Below, one piece after another: positions 55,501 through 64,000 of a stretch of DNA of 64,000 nt. A program made the translations under genes and the position numbers. The stretch covers positions 490,627 through 554,626 of the forward strand of contig NMRA01000133.1 of NCBI GenBank assembly GCA_002633005.1. Direction: 5' to 3'. Position 1 is the first letter of the stretch; each line of letters opens with the position of its first letter. This DNA comes from Phoronis australis (Eukaryota > Animalia > Phoronida). A model generated the notes under the pieces. The model was given only the letters and a program-made list of their open reading frames with translations, was not told where the DNA came from and did no database searches.

Positions 55501-58500
55501 TCCCATCAACATCACAAATTTTGAGGAGTTGGGAAGTGTAACACCTGTGCTTTAATAGCTATTGCAACTCCTCTAAAAATAGGTGGATTAAACTGTGGAA
55601 CTGCACAGTTCTCCTTCAGTGGGAAAGGTCTAATCAAACCGTATTACGGTAATCACTACAGATCGTGACATGCAACACATGCACTCAATCAAGCGAGTGA
55701 TTCAACTTCGCTATTTCTGGTGTTCAATCCCTGAAGAGAACTACGGAAAAACTCCAATGTTTTTTTTTGTCGGAGACTAGCAATTAGTAGAGAAGGAAAG
55801 GAAATTGCGATGAAGCTTTGACAAACCGGAGTTCCCATGATTAGAAAGTGACAAAAGTCACAAAATAACTACGAATCACAAGCTGCACTCACTCGAGCAA
55901 AAATTTAGTGGAAAAGATGTGCTATATGATTCCGCAAAAATGTCCGTAATCGGCGAGCCTTCATACGGCTGTTGGTCATATTGACCACAGCTTCCCTCTA
56001 GATCCCTCATTCATTCAAAACTATTGCTCCCCTTACTATCTATGAATGATAGGCCACTGGACTCTAGTAAAGAATTATGGGAAGTCGAGTTTTAGCGCAG
56101 GGTTTATTTGTTACATATTTTTGGGTGTTAGAAAACAGCGATTAATGTTCCGTCTTTACACTGAACGTCTGCCTCAGCGTGCTCAACGTCGTCAGCAATC
56201 AGCAACGATGTTAATGTACTTGTGAATGGTGGACTTGCCTATTGTCGCGGGTTTGCAAGGGCGTCTCATCAGACCAGATCTTTTACAAAATCAAAAGAAA
56301 TCAAAGTCAAAACTGGAAGCTTTTACGACTATGGCAGGGATGCCTTTGGCACACATGGTGCTATGTATGTCACCTCAGTTTTCCATTTCCTGGCGAGTAA
56401 TAAATTATCAGGCTTATCCAAACAACTGTCACAATGTCTGAAGCACATTCAGAAATAAGAGGTAAATATAAACTGCCACAAGAAAGCAAGTTAAAACTGT
56501 CTGCAAACAGAGAGCGAAATTGATCTGACAAGTAACACTTAGAGAAAGAGATCGAAGGACGATGAAGACCGCGACACTTGACGACAAAGACAACGGCTAC
56601 AGGGAAGGACTTTGAAGAGCACGACACATGATGACTAGGACAATGGCTCTTGGGAAGGACATTGAAGAGCACGATTCTTGATGACAAAGACAGCGGCTCT
56701 TGGGAAGGACTTTGAAGAGCACGACACGTGATGACAAAGACTACGGCTCTTGGGAAGGACTTTGAAGAGCACAACACTAGATGACTAAGACAACAGGTAA
56801 TGGGAAGGACTTTGAAGGACACGACAGTTGATGACAAAGACAACGGCTACTGGGAAGGACTTTGAAGGGCACGACAGTTGATGACAAAGACTACGGCTCT
56901 TGGGAAGGACTTTGAAGAGCACGACACGTGATGACTAAGACAGTTCATGGGAAGGACTTTGAAGAGCATGACACTTGATGACAAAGTCAACCGCTCTTGG
57001 GAAGGACTTTGACGAGCACGACACTTGATAACAAAGACAATGGCTACAACAGGGCTGCAAACCTATTAAGAACATCCTGTGCAACCTTCATGCTAAATAT
57101 CCGTACTTTACAAGTGAAAACTTGTACAATTTCCAACATTTAAAGAAGATGGATCGATACACACACAAAAAAAATTTCAATTTCAAACCATGATTGACTA
57201 AAAAAGCAACATTAATAACTTAGCTCGTCACATCAATGTTTTTCGGCTTTTGCTGTCAGCATGGTTGACTTCTTCCCATAATATCAAGGCCCCACAAATC
57301 CCGATATCTCATAATTCTTGATCCATAACAATGTTATAGCTGTCACGGTTCTCAGTGTTGAAGACAGCGTGATTAAAGGTGGTTAATTCCATTCCTGTCC
57401 TCTAAATGTAATTAAATGCATCAGTATAATCGTCTCCGTAATTTCCCTCTCGATGACAATTTCCAAAGCACACGATGTCCCACAATGCAAAACCAAGTAA
57501 GTGCATTTTTCATTGGCCAGTCCTTCACAATAAATTGCAACTGACCAATCACAAAAGGAAAATTTTGCACGCGAACTGCATTCTGCACTGTTACGCAGGA
57601 TACATTTCTTTGGCCAGATCTTGTGTTATTGACAATTTCTGTCACTTTCCGATAATTCCTGCCTCAATCTTCAATCGTCTGGTGCTTCGAAACACTGCTG
57701 ATTTTATTTTTTTGAAGAAATATATGCTCTACACCGGTAACATCTGAAAATCTGTACGTAGTTATTTTTAGGCTGTTAAAATACGTAGAATACAGACAAA
57801 TCTGCAACAATTGGCAGTCCTGCTACAGGGAAGGAGGAGAATGACATTAGATAACACAGACAACAGCTACTGGGAAGTATTTTGAAAAGACAGTTGATGA
57901 CAAAGACAACAGCCACTAGAAAGGACTTAGAAGAGCACGACAGTTGATGACAAAGACAACAGCCACTAGGAAGGACTTAGAAGAGCACGGCACTTGATGA
58001 CAAAGACAACAGCCTCTAGCAAGGACTTAGAAGAGCACGACAGTTGATGACAAAGACAACAGCCACTAGGAAGGACTTAGAAGAGCACGGCACGTGATGA
58101 CAAAGGCGACGGCTACTGGGAAGGAAGTTGAAGATCATGACAATTGATGACTAAGAATGCAGACAACAATGCGACAACACCAACACGTATGTGTCAACGA
58201 CATCAATGACAACAACGTCAGTGGCAGTGATGGTGTCACCACTATGAGTGCTACCATCACCAGTGACTATGACAAACCACTGACCATCAGGGCATCTATG
58301 GCCAATGATAATAAGTGATTACGTTTTATGACCCTAATTCAGTTTGCTATTACTCCTGTAGAGACATGGGTCTAGGATAGTTTCTTGTACCTTACATCAT
58401 ACTGTTTTACTCTGGACTTGCATTTATCAACTTTGCTGCATAACTTTTAAGTGCAAATTTTTCCACTTCTTTACAAACGGGAGAACAAAATTTACTGGTA

Positions 58501-61069
58501 TATGTTTGACAGTCCGTTGTCCATACTGTAGGGGCTGTATGTAAAACCAAAGAATCCATTGTACCAGTGCCAAAAGTCAAAAATTATAGCTTTGCATTAC
58601 TTTCTGTTTGACTCCCATAATGCAGGAAGCTTTAGAATTTCTGATATGACTGTCACCTTACTAGATCTATAGCTCTACAAATCATGACTGAGCAACTGGA
58701 AAAAAATGACACCTTTCCCAAAAACAATAAATCGGAACTGAAACTTGACACTGGACAGCAATGATGCTATTTTTCATTTTGTCATATCATAGGTGTAATT
58801 TATGCATCTGCACAAAAATTGTCCATACAGCCTGAGTAGGACATGAAAAGTAACTGTTGAGTCTACTCGACAATTGAATCTGTATCAGCCAAGTTCGCAC
58901 ATAAACAAGTTGGAATTGGCAACAATATTGCAACTTGTGCTGGAGGTCTCATGTAAGACCAATTATTACCTAAACCAGAAGACAGCTCTACTTAATTGAA
59001 CTTTTACAATGGCACCAGCTAGTTGATATACAGGCCCCAGAATTAAAGCCAACCAGATAATTGCATTGAAGTGCACAGCACAACCAGTTACCAGAACAAA
59101 TTACTCTCGGAATGAGTCGTCTCTAGGTTTTATAGTGGACACTGTTTGGGTGGGGCAACTTGACACACATGTGAAAACGTACCACCTTATCGAAGTAGGG
59201 TAACTTGTTCTGAGGTAACTTGGCCCAGCGCAAGTGGGTGCAAGCATGCAGAACTACAATCTGCATGCTTGCTCAGTTACTGATGGTTGGTGTACGTAAT
59301 GCTTTTGAGTCATATTTGTTGCAAGATGTAGCATGTGCAGTGTGCACACAGGATTGACTGGAGACAAGTAGCTCAAAGGGAAGGTGTTCTAGTGTTACTC
59401 GGCATGAATTTCATTACTACTGAATATTTAGCCACAGAGTCCATGATATTTCAGTCCTGCCAAAATTGCCAGTGTATTTGGGTGAGCACAGTAATATGAT
59501 AGCTCTCAGCAAAGGCACAGTGTTCTTCCTATGGGAATGCAAAATTGATTTACTTTATGACAAAAAATATACTAAACAAAATATACCAGGACACTATCAA
59601 AACTACGATCACTTGGATTTTAGGCCCTGTCGGCTGTCATACTAACTTATTTCTAGTCTAGGCAGAGCGTCGACGTATATTGCAAAGTTAACTAAACCGT
59701 TCATATCGGCTTTGGTAGTTAACAACATCGAAGTAAAGGGTAGGTGATGCTGTCGTAATCAAAGTAATCACAAGGTAGCGTTGCATACCAAGATTTTTTT
59801 AATGTGACAATTTCAGAACATTAACATATTGTGCTAATTGAAATAAAACTTATTTCTAATTCGATTGGTGATTATTGGAGCACAATACTAGCGATGACAC
59901 TGCCCTTTAATTGCTGACGATAACAGTGGCACCTGGCTATAACTTCGATGGGACCGAAGTTGACTGTTCATACTGCACCGCAGGGTCGATGTTCTGCTGA
60001 TAAATTCACGTATTTACTACTCAGTTAACTGGAGCTGTTAACTTCGATCCAGGACCGAAGTTACCCACTCATACAGACCATAACTCCACAAAACATTGAC
60101 ATGGCGACGTTAGATGAAAATTAGGTAACAAATATGTCAATGACATCATCCTAAGAAAACATGGCCGCCAACAGGCAATGGGCATTTATACCATGTACTC
60201 AAGTAAATAACACTGGTTTTAGGAAATGTGATTTAATTCAATCGTAAATTCAAAGGGTCAAAGTTCATGTTATCAAATACTAGACAAAGTTTATTGACAG
60301 GTAGTGCTCGATTATGCAACTCTTGCAACTTGTCAACATGACCTCACATTTTGTTTAGCGGCCTGACCACCACCCCAAGTTACCAAAGAGTCGCCACATC
60401 AAAATACTTCAACAAGTAAACAGATGGGAGTCGAACCTGTTCGGTAAAAACAGAAGGGATTGTTCGTGTCTCATTTAGACGTTCATATCCTGATTCCACG
60501 TCCTTATTCTGAGTACACTATGGTTTATTTCCATGACGACTTATCTTGGCTTACACTTAATGACTCCAGCATGAATGTTTTAAGTTTGAGTCAGAATTAA
60601 AAATTTTGAGCTTTTACCCTAAATAGTCTATACTCAAGTAAGTTGCTCGAGCCCCTGTGCCATCAAGTGCAACCTTGGACTCCCCACTCAACAGCATATA
60701 CAATAATATACCCAAGCAGAAAATAACAGACAATTATCTTGAGTGCACAAAAACGGAATATCTCTATAATAACTTCGAGTTCGATGTTGAAGACAAAGAT
60801 TCGACCCTAGGCCCTGAACTCCATATTCTGCTTCCATTAGTAACACCAAATCTCTGTTCAAGCCTCACAAGTAGAGTCTATTTATTGTGGATAAAGTAGA
60901 AACCCAGCTACAATATGTGCCCCCATAAGTATTCTGTAATGAACTCAAGAAGATGGTAAGAAAAGAAAGTGGTTTTCATGTCAAACTGTGTCAAGAGTAA
61001 ATTGTTTACTTACCTAGTGCCTTTTTTCTGCCCATCATCTGCTGGGCCATTCTGTTCTGAGCTGGCCAT
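4418..61069 (-). CDS. ARRB1: Beta-arrestin (non-visual arrestin, kurtz/arr-1/ARRB-like), complete spliced CDS, 430 aa, 13 exon positions with alternative exon 9
   Basis: Join (minus): 61014-61069, 33902-33932, 32427-32487, 24721-24962, 24178-24237, 21497-21561, 18944-19079, 18349-18433, [16017-16089 or 15284-15356], 12310-12456, 10692-10781, 5085-5231, 4418-4517 = 1293 nt. All introns GT-AG with matching phases. Motifs: [48 protein letters not shown]. The symbol marks the family; one-to-one orthology with ARRB1 is not claimed. Confidence 0.96.
4705..4941. repeat. Minisatellite, 33-bp unit (GAGCCAACATGGCGCTATGTGTTAGCATTGTTA), about 7 copies, in arrestin intron 12
   Basis: Tandem units visible directly. 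Confidence 0.92.
5085..5231 (-). CDS. ARRB1: Beta-arrestin exon 12 ([19 protein letters not shown]...[11 protein letters not shown]), 147 nt, contains clathrin box
   Basis: ttgcag|T GAC...ACA AA|gtaagt; [11 protein letters not shown] and LIQLD motifs. Confidence 0.96.
6257..8204 (+). CDS. Ecdysteroid kinase-like / CHK (EcKL, DUF227-type; choline/APH kinase fold) protein, 429 aa, two coding exons 6257-6386 and 7045-8204, nested antisense in arrestin intron 11
   Basis: AAGATGG start; exon 1 [15 protein letters not shown]...TKPG|gtgagt; acceptor taag|GT GAG restores [13 protein letters not shown] in frame with ORF 7074-8204. Motifs: [61 protein letters not shown] at 8423. Confidence 0.9.
8423..8428 (+). 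terminator. Candidate polyadenylation signal of the nested kinase gene
   Basis: AATAAA about 220 nt after the TAG at 8202-8204. Confidence 0.5.
10099..10185 (+). mobile_element. 3' tail of a LINE/SINE (stem-loop plus A-rich tail)
   Basis: Second copy at 24304-24393; shared CCTCTTGGAAAGCAGTGCT...CACCCTCATTTTAAAT core. Confidence 0.65.
10211..10642. mobile_element. MITE with ~50-bp TIRs (PIF/Harbinger-like)
   Basis: GGTTGCATGAAACAGTCCCAAATAGGGAC... at left and its reverse complement ...GTCCCTATTTGGGACTGTTTCATGCAACC at right. Confidence 0.85.
10692..10781 (-). CDS. ARRB1: Beta-arrestin exon 11 ([29 protein letters not shown]), 90 nt
   Basis: tttcag|A ATC...ACC AG|gtacgt; [11 protein letters not shown] motif. 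Confidence 0.95.
11137..11974. mobile_element. PIF/Harbinger-like MITE, 838 bp
   Basis: ~33-bp TIR GGGCTGTTCCAG(T/C)AAAATC...; 3-bp TSD TGA/TGA. Confidence 0.85.
12310..12456 (-). CDS. ARRB1: Beta-arrestin exon 10 ([48 protein letters not shown]), 147 nt
   Basis: tctcag|G GAC...ACC AT|gtaagg; gate/lariat-loop motif [11 protein letters not shown]. Confidence 0.96.
15284..15356 (-). CDS. ARRB1: Beta-arrestin alternative exon 9b ([25 protein letters not shown]), 73 nt
   Basis: atccag|TT CGC CAG TTT GCT GAT...TCC GA|gtaagt; closest to the beta-arrestin consensus. Confidence 0.94.
16017..16089 (-). CDS. ARRB1: Beta-arrestin alternative exon 9a ([25 protein letters not shown]), 73 nt
   Basis: tattag|TC ATC CAG GCA...TCT GA|gtaagt; open frame; same length and phases (1 to 2) as 9b; homologous to VRQYADICLFNTAQYKCPV. 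Confidence 0.88.
16907..17650. mobile_element. MITE with AGGGCTGCCAAC TIRs; same family as 57050-57822
   Basis: AGGGCTGCCAAC...GTTGGCAGCCCTG; internal collinear similarity to the 57-kb copy. Confidence 0.75.
18349..18433 (-). CDS. ARRB1: Beta-arrestin exon 8 ([28 protein letters not shown]), 85 nt
   Basis: ctgcag|AAA TAC TAC CAT GGA...TCA G|gtatgt. Confidence 0.96.
18944..19079 (-). CDS. ARRB1: Beta-arrestin exon 7 ([14 protein letters not shown]...[10 protein letters not shown]), 136 nt
   Basis: Within ORF 18875-19096; tgttag|G AAC...GAG|gtaagg. Confidence 0.96.
21497..21561 (-). CDS. ARRB1: Beta-arrestin exon 6 ([22 protein letters not shown]), 65 nt
   Basis: ttacag|CCA TGT GGA GTG GAT TAT GAG...AAA AG|gtaaga. 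Confidence 0.95.
23070..23300 (-). pseudogene. Highly decayed CR1/L2-like reverse transcriptase remnant
   Basis: KVLESIM...[12 protein letters not shown]...[11 protein letters not shown] has the spacing of KVLESI...ISDSQHGFRKG...IYLDFSKAFD; weak. Confidence 0.35.
24178..24237 (-). CDS. ARRB1: Beta-arrestin exon 5 ([20 protein letters not shown]), 60 nt
   Basis: tttcag|TTA...AAG|gtgagt. Confidence 0.96.
24304..24393 (+). mobile_element. 3' tail of a LINE/SINE with (TAAA)n tail
   Basis: Matches 10099-10185; GAGGG...CCCTC stem; (AAAT)n end. Confidence 0.7.
24721..24962 (-). CDS. ARRB1: Beta-arrestin exon 4 ([16 protein letters not shown]...[19 protein letters not shown]...[11 protein letters not shown]), 242 nt
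   Basis: Within ORF 24700-24972; finger-loop motif; ttccag|AT...CAG|gtgaga. Confidence 0.97.
27031..27215. repeat. Degenerate minisatellite, 16-bp unit (ACCTAGAACTAACGTT), about 11-12 copies
   Basis: Periodic CTAGAACTA. Confidence 0.85.
29805..30653. mobile_element. Interspersed-repeat-like element with a terminal 164-bp palindrome and an internal tRNA-like segment
   Basis: Palindrome 29805-29968; inverted TTATACCACA/TGTGGTATAA bracketing 29969-30653; A-box/B-box-like segment 30495-30563. Confidence 0.55.
31920..31988. repeat. 21-bp tandem repeat, 3 copies (GAGTGTATGGATATCTGTGTG)
   Basis: Direct inspection. Confidence 0.85.
32427..32487 (-). CDS. ARRB1: Beta-arrestin exon 3 ([21 protein letters not shown]), 61 nt
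   Basis: tatag|ATC...ATT G|gtaagt; YLGKRDF motif. Confidence 0.95.
32889..32932. repeat. (CACACG)n/(CA)n microsatellite
   Basis: Direct inspection. Confidence 0.95.
33902..33932 (-). CDS. ARRB1: Beta-arrestin exon 2 ([11 protein letters not shown]), 31 nt
   Basis: ttttcag|G GTG TTC AAG AAG...GGA AAG|gtaaat. Confidence 0.95.
36585..36990 (-). mobile_element. 5'-truncated RTE-clade LINE fragment, frameshifted
   Basis: [13 protein letters not shown]...IRNEELW then RWIGHTLRR...[21 protein letters not shown]...AQDRTKW in another frame; (GAT)n-like 3' tail. Confidence 0.88.
37556..37934. repeat. Minisatellite, 42-bp unit, 9 copies
   Basis: GTGTCCAGTACTGCTACTTGTTTATGGCTCTAATGATTTCAC repeated. 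Confidence 0.95.
38236..38698. mobile_element. PIF/Harbinger-like MITE; second copy at about 59622-60110
   Basis: TIR GGCTCTTTCATACTGAC/GTTAGTATGAAAGGGTC; AAA flanks; long collinear match to 59622-60110. Confidence 0.75.
41363..42889. mobile_element. Non-autonomous DNA transposon, ~1.5 kb (TACCGTA-type, Tc1/pogo-like by inference)
   Basis: CCGTAATAACCG at left, CGGTTATTACGG near right end; GGGCGCTTA subterminal repeats at both ends. Confidence 0.65.
44575..46234. mobile_element. AATT-flanked non-autonomous DNA transposon, interrupted by a piggyBac-like insertion
   Basis: AATTGACCTATCGC...GCGATAGGTCAATT; short relative at 51282-51445. Confidence 0.75.
44967..46038. mobile_element. piggyBac-like non-autonomous element, 1072 bp
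   Basis: TTAA|CCTTTTCAACTCCA ... TGGAGTTGAAAGAG|TTAA. Confidence 0.82.
47185..49018. mobile_element. AATT-flanked non-autonomous DNA transposon, 1.83 kb
   Basis: Perfect 17-bp inverted ends AATTGACCTTACGCCAG/CTGGCGTAAGGTCAATT. Confidence 0.82.
47731..48066. repeat. Minisatellite, 48-bp unit, 7 copies, inside the 47185-49018 element
   Basis: CAAAATGCATTGCATGCCCGTAGCCTACTAACCTATTAGAGGCTTCTA repeated. Confidence 0.95.
51282..51445. mobile_element. Short MITE, same family as 44575-46234, opposite orientation
   Basis: AATTGACCTATCGCAAGCTCCACCC...GATAGGTCAA; reverse complement matches 44575-44730 and 46210-46234. Confidence 0.75.
53761..54037. repeat. Minisatellite, 28-bp unit (TAAAGGTAGTGAATTGTAATGCATGTGT), about 10 copies
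   Basis: Direct inspection. Confidence 0.9.
54782..55460. repeat. 240-bp direct duplication (54782-55021 = 55221-55460) flanking a partial transposon and an N
   Basis: Copies look identical by eye; the second begins immediately after the N at 55220. Confidence 0.9.
56565..58155. repeat. 50-bp satellite (GATGACAAAGACAACGGCTCTTGGGAAGGACTTTGAAGAGCACGACACTT) in two blocks, 56565-57049 and 57823-58155
   Basis: 50-nt periodicity; blocks separated by a MITE. Confidence 0.9.
57050..57822. mobile_element. MITE inserted in the 50-bp satellite
   Basis: CAGGGCTGCAAA...TTGGCAGTCCTG; flanks ctacaa/ctacag; homologous to 16907-17650. Confidence 0.78.
59622..60110. mobile_element. Diverged copy of the 38236-38698 MITE
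   Basis: Shared blocks TAGGTGA(C/T)GCTG, AAAACTTATTTCTAATTC, TTGACTGTTCATACTG; boundaries approximate. Confidence 0.7.
61014..61069 (-). CDS. ARRB1: Beta-arrestin coding exon 1 ([19 protein letters not shown])
   Basis: ATG at 61069; ends KGT+AG|gtaagt (phase 2), matching the ...KGTR|VFKK junction of beta-arrestins and the phase of exon 2. Confidence 0.85.
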
Positions 61070-61607
61070 TGAGTGAGGTAGTCGTACTTGGTCTCTCACT
61101 CGGATGCGTTTTCTCTTGTCTTTTTGCTATAACTCGAGTGAGTTACAAACTGTGAACATATCAGTTTCAGAAATTCAATATGTCCGCCTTTACCCTTATA
61201 TCGACCTTCACAGACGGAGAAAACTAGAGTCGATAAATCACAAAACGGTATTTCAATGTCGCATGATTTGACCTTGCATTCATAACAACGAGCATAAACG
61301 AAGATAAGACACTATCGGCATTTTACTAAAGTTATTTCATGCAAAGCCACTGGTTTTGTATTACCGACAGCCGACACACAGGGCGACAGATTTCACAGTC
61401 AATGTTGCACTGCAGTGACTCTTTCCTTGCAGGGCAATGAAACAGTTCCGCCCGATTTTTTACGAAACATTTATCCACTGAAAAAAACGGGTAAGTAATA
61501 ACACCTTCAGGACTTTGATATTACGTAAACATTGCAGTCAGCAAGTTTCAGTCTAAATATTATTACACACCGCCTTCACTTGGCTCGATGTGTCACGCAA
61601 GCCCCGG

Positions 61608-62078
61608 AATGCTGTACGTGAACTTGGAATCCTGCTTAATCTCAAGATTAAGCGGAAGTGAGTGTTGCATGAACTTGGAATACGTGAGGCAACGTGACAA
61701 GTTTACTCAAATAATCACGTTCATGTTCATAAAAATTTGCACTGCACTAAATCAAGTTACAATTGAATAAAATAATGTCAATTTTAACTAACCTTTTCAA
61801 CTACGGGCGATTAGTTTCACCAAACAATAATGGATTTAGCCATTTACATATTGATTCCTCAGGTTCAGCCACTCGAGTTACGGTAAAGGAGAAAATGGTT
61901 GTTCGCGAGGCCAATAATTACAAAAATTCTTTTCACCAAACAAAAATTTCACCTTTGTGCCTTAAAGAATATTCAATTCTAAGTTCACGCATACGCGATC
62001 TCGAGATTAAGCAGGATTCCAAGTTCACGCATACGCGATCTTGAGATTACACCAGATTCCAAGTTCAAGCACAGCATG
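61608..62078. mobile_element. Foldback/MITE-like element upstream of arrestin exon 1
   Basis: CGTGAACTTGGAATCCTGCTTAATCTC at left; inverted, reiterated GAGATTAAGCAGGATTCCAAGTTCACG at right. Confidence 0.7.
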
Positions 62079-62674
62079 AACTGGATGTGTATAAGTCACG
62101 TGACCCTCGTAGGCGTATTCGTGACGTTAGGGATACCCATCATGTTTTCTCCTGCAGGTATTTTCCTACAACGTGCACTTTGAGCCCAAAACATTCAAGC
62201 ATTCAACCGCAATTAACTACCGGGGCGATCAGCCATGATTATGTGCCACATCGCATCGACCTGCAAACTAACTGCATTCTTTTTCATGAACACAAGTCTT
62301 TCGACCGTGACGCAGTGTAATTTTGCCCACAGTCACGAAGCATTGCATTTTTTCACGAACCGAAACTCAGTATTTTCTTGTCTTACTTTTTGGCAAGCAC
62401 TTGTCTGTGACAAAAAACGTGTTTAGTAAGAAAAGAACTAAATTTGTGAAAAAGCAGCGGCGTATGAGAGTTCATCGTACTAAACTTTCCGTCGTTAAAA
62501 CGCAGTTGCCGGCGCCGGTTAACTGCGTTGATAACGTGACCCCGGCGGGGTCTATTCTCTTAACTCAGTAATTGGAGAGACTCCACGAAGGAAACCCAAT
62601 CATGTCACATAATTCCAGTATATTACAAAAATCTCCCGTTTGATTTCAACTCCAGACTACACGGGGCTAAATCC

Positions 62675-62826
62675 AGATATCAATCTAGTCTATTGTCAAA
62701 CATTCAATTACTTCTACCACGGTTCAATGAGTTACTAAGAGAACCGGAAATCAACGAAAAGATATCAATCTAGTCTATTGTCTAACATTCAATTACTCAT
62801 TCTACCACGGTTCAATGAGTTACTAA
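62675..62826. repeat. ~65-bp direct duplication
   Basis: AGATATCAATCTAGTCTATTGTC...GGTTCAATGAGTTACTAA occurs twice. Confidence 0.8.
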
Positions 62827-64000
62827 AACAGGTAACAGAGAACCCGCGGAACTCATGCAATGAAGCTATTCTGAATAATTGCCATCATATTTCTTCCGGT
62901 AATACCTCTACATTTGATTTTTACGAGGAATTTAATTAGATAAACTAAACAATTCGAAAAACCACCTGTTTTATATTATAGTCCACGGTATATCAATTTG
63001 ATTTTAGCCAGAACTTATGATTGTCGTGAAGTTATCGCTAATGCTGCACGGTTGTTCTACCCCTCACAAAAAGACCTTAGATCAGCGATCCTGATACTGA
63101 ACTGGCCTGATGACGACAGCGACTTTTCTACAAGTCTATCAAGCGCAAAGCGATGTGAATGGGGCAGAGTTTGTCATGCAAAATCTTAAGCTAACCCGAA
63201 GTGTGCCATGTCATAGGTCAGCTTTCGAAACGAGCTTAAAATACGATGATTAAACTGGGGCCCTGATAACCACCAACTTGTTTCACTAATACAACGTACA
63301 GGCCATTCCAAATCAACGCATGGCCATCCCGTTTGTATCCTTTCCTTGAATATGGTTGCAATGAATCACGTGGTATAGTACCCTGACGATCATGCTGCGA
63401 ACCTTGGCAAAGACTGTATACTGAACCCGCCCTGACAAGAAACTAATTTAGCCCCATGCAATGCCATACTTGAAAATTATCGTTCTGATTAATCATTTGG
63501 TCGAAACCCTTCGTTTTGTTTTGTTTTTAAAGTGATGCGGCAATACAGCGTTCCTAAATACATATGAGTCCAATGAAGTTAATTAAGCTTCAACGGGGAG
63601 TTACACCGTTTCTGTGACTCGATTAATTCAGAGTGTGAAATTTATTACATCGGCTTGACCTATTAGCGTAGCATGGTGCGGGGCTTTAGTGGGCCTGCAC
63701 AGACACAATAACGATCTGTTCGTACTTTTAAAGCCATGAAATTATTTCAAATCTGAATAATAAAGACAAGAGTTTCAACCAATCCTCGTTCTTTACACTG
63801 CCATATGCACCATTGGCACACCACTTGATCCGGACAAATGAAAGATTCATCTAAAAACACATATTCAGTGTGTTAAAGAAGGGATTGTATTATTCCTGAA
63901 GGGTATATAGTCTTTTTCTAATCTGTCATGTACCTCGCCTAATGTAAAGCGTGCGTTTAACAGGCACTCTAAGGAGTTTTCCAAATTTGCTCCAAACGTT

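Noticed and set aside
37556-58155. Regularly spaced 28-50-bp repeats as CRISPR arrays
   Set aside because: Head-to-tail units without unique spacers, no cas genes, and a spliced eukaryotic context.
33933-61013. Additional nested protein-coding genes in the 27-kb intron 1
   Set aside because: Only short ORFs, repeats and TE fragments were recognised; small exons could have been missed by eye.

Overview
This is AT-rich, intron- and repeat-rich eukaryotic (invertebrate animal) DNA, not prokaryotic. Most of the window (4418-61069, minus strand) is one complete beta-arrestin gene that I assembled by hand from 13 exon positions. All junctions are GT-AG and phase-compatible, giving 430 aa; intron 1 is about 27 kb. 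Main observation: exon 9 exists as two tandem, homologous 73-nt copies (16017-16089 and 15284-15356), and exactly one must be used to keep the frame, so they look like mutually exclusive exons. They swap the C-loop/phosphoinositide-binding segment of the arrestin. The intron between them carries a ~20-bp complementary pair that could enforce exclusivity. Intron 11 hosts a complete two-exon antisense gene for an ecdysteroid-kinase-like (EcKL/CHK) protein of 429 aa with an unusual LLD in place of the HGD catalytic motif. The rest is non-autonomous DNA transposons (some nested), LINE fragments, minisatellites and one probable haplotype-join assembly artefact. All alignments and motif comparisons were done by eye or from memory; no searches were run, so novelty is untested.
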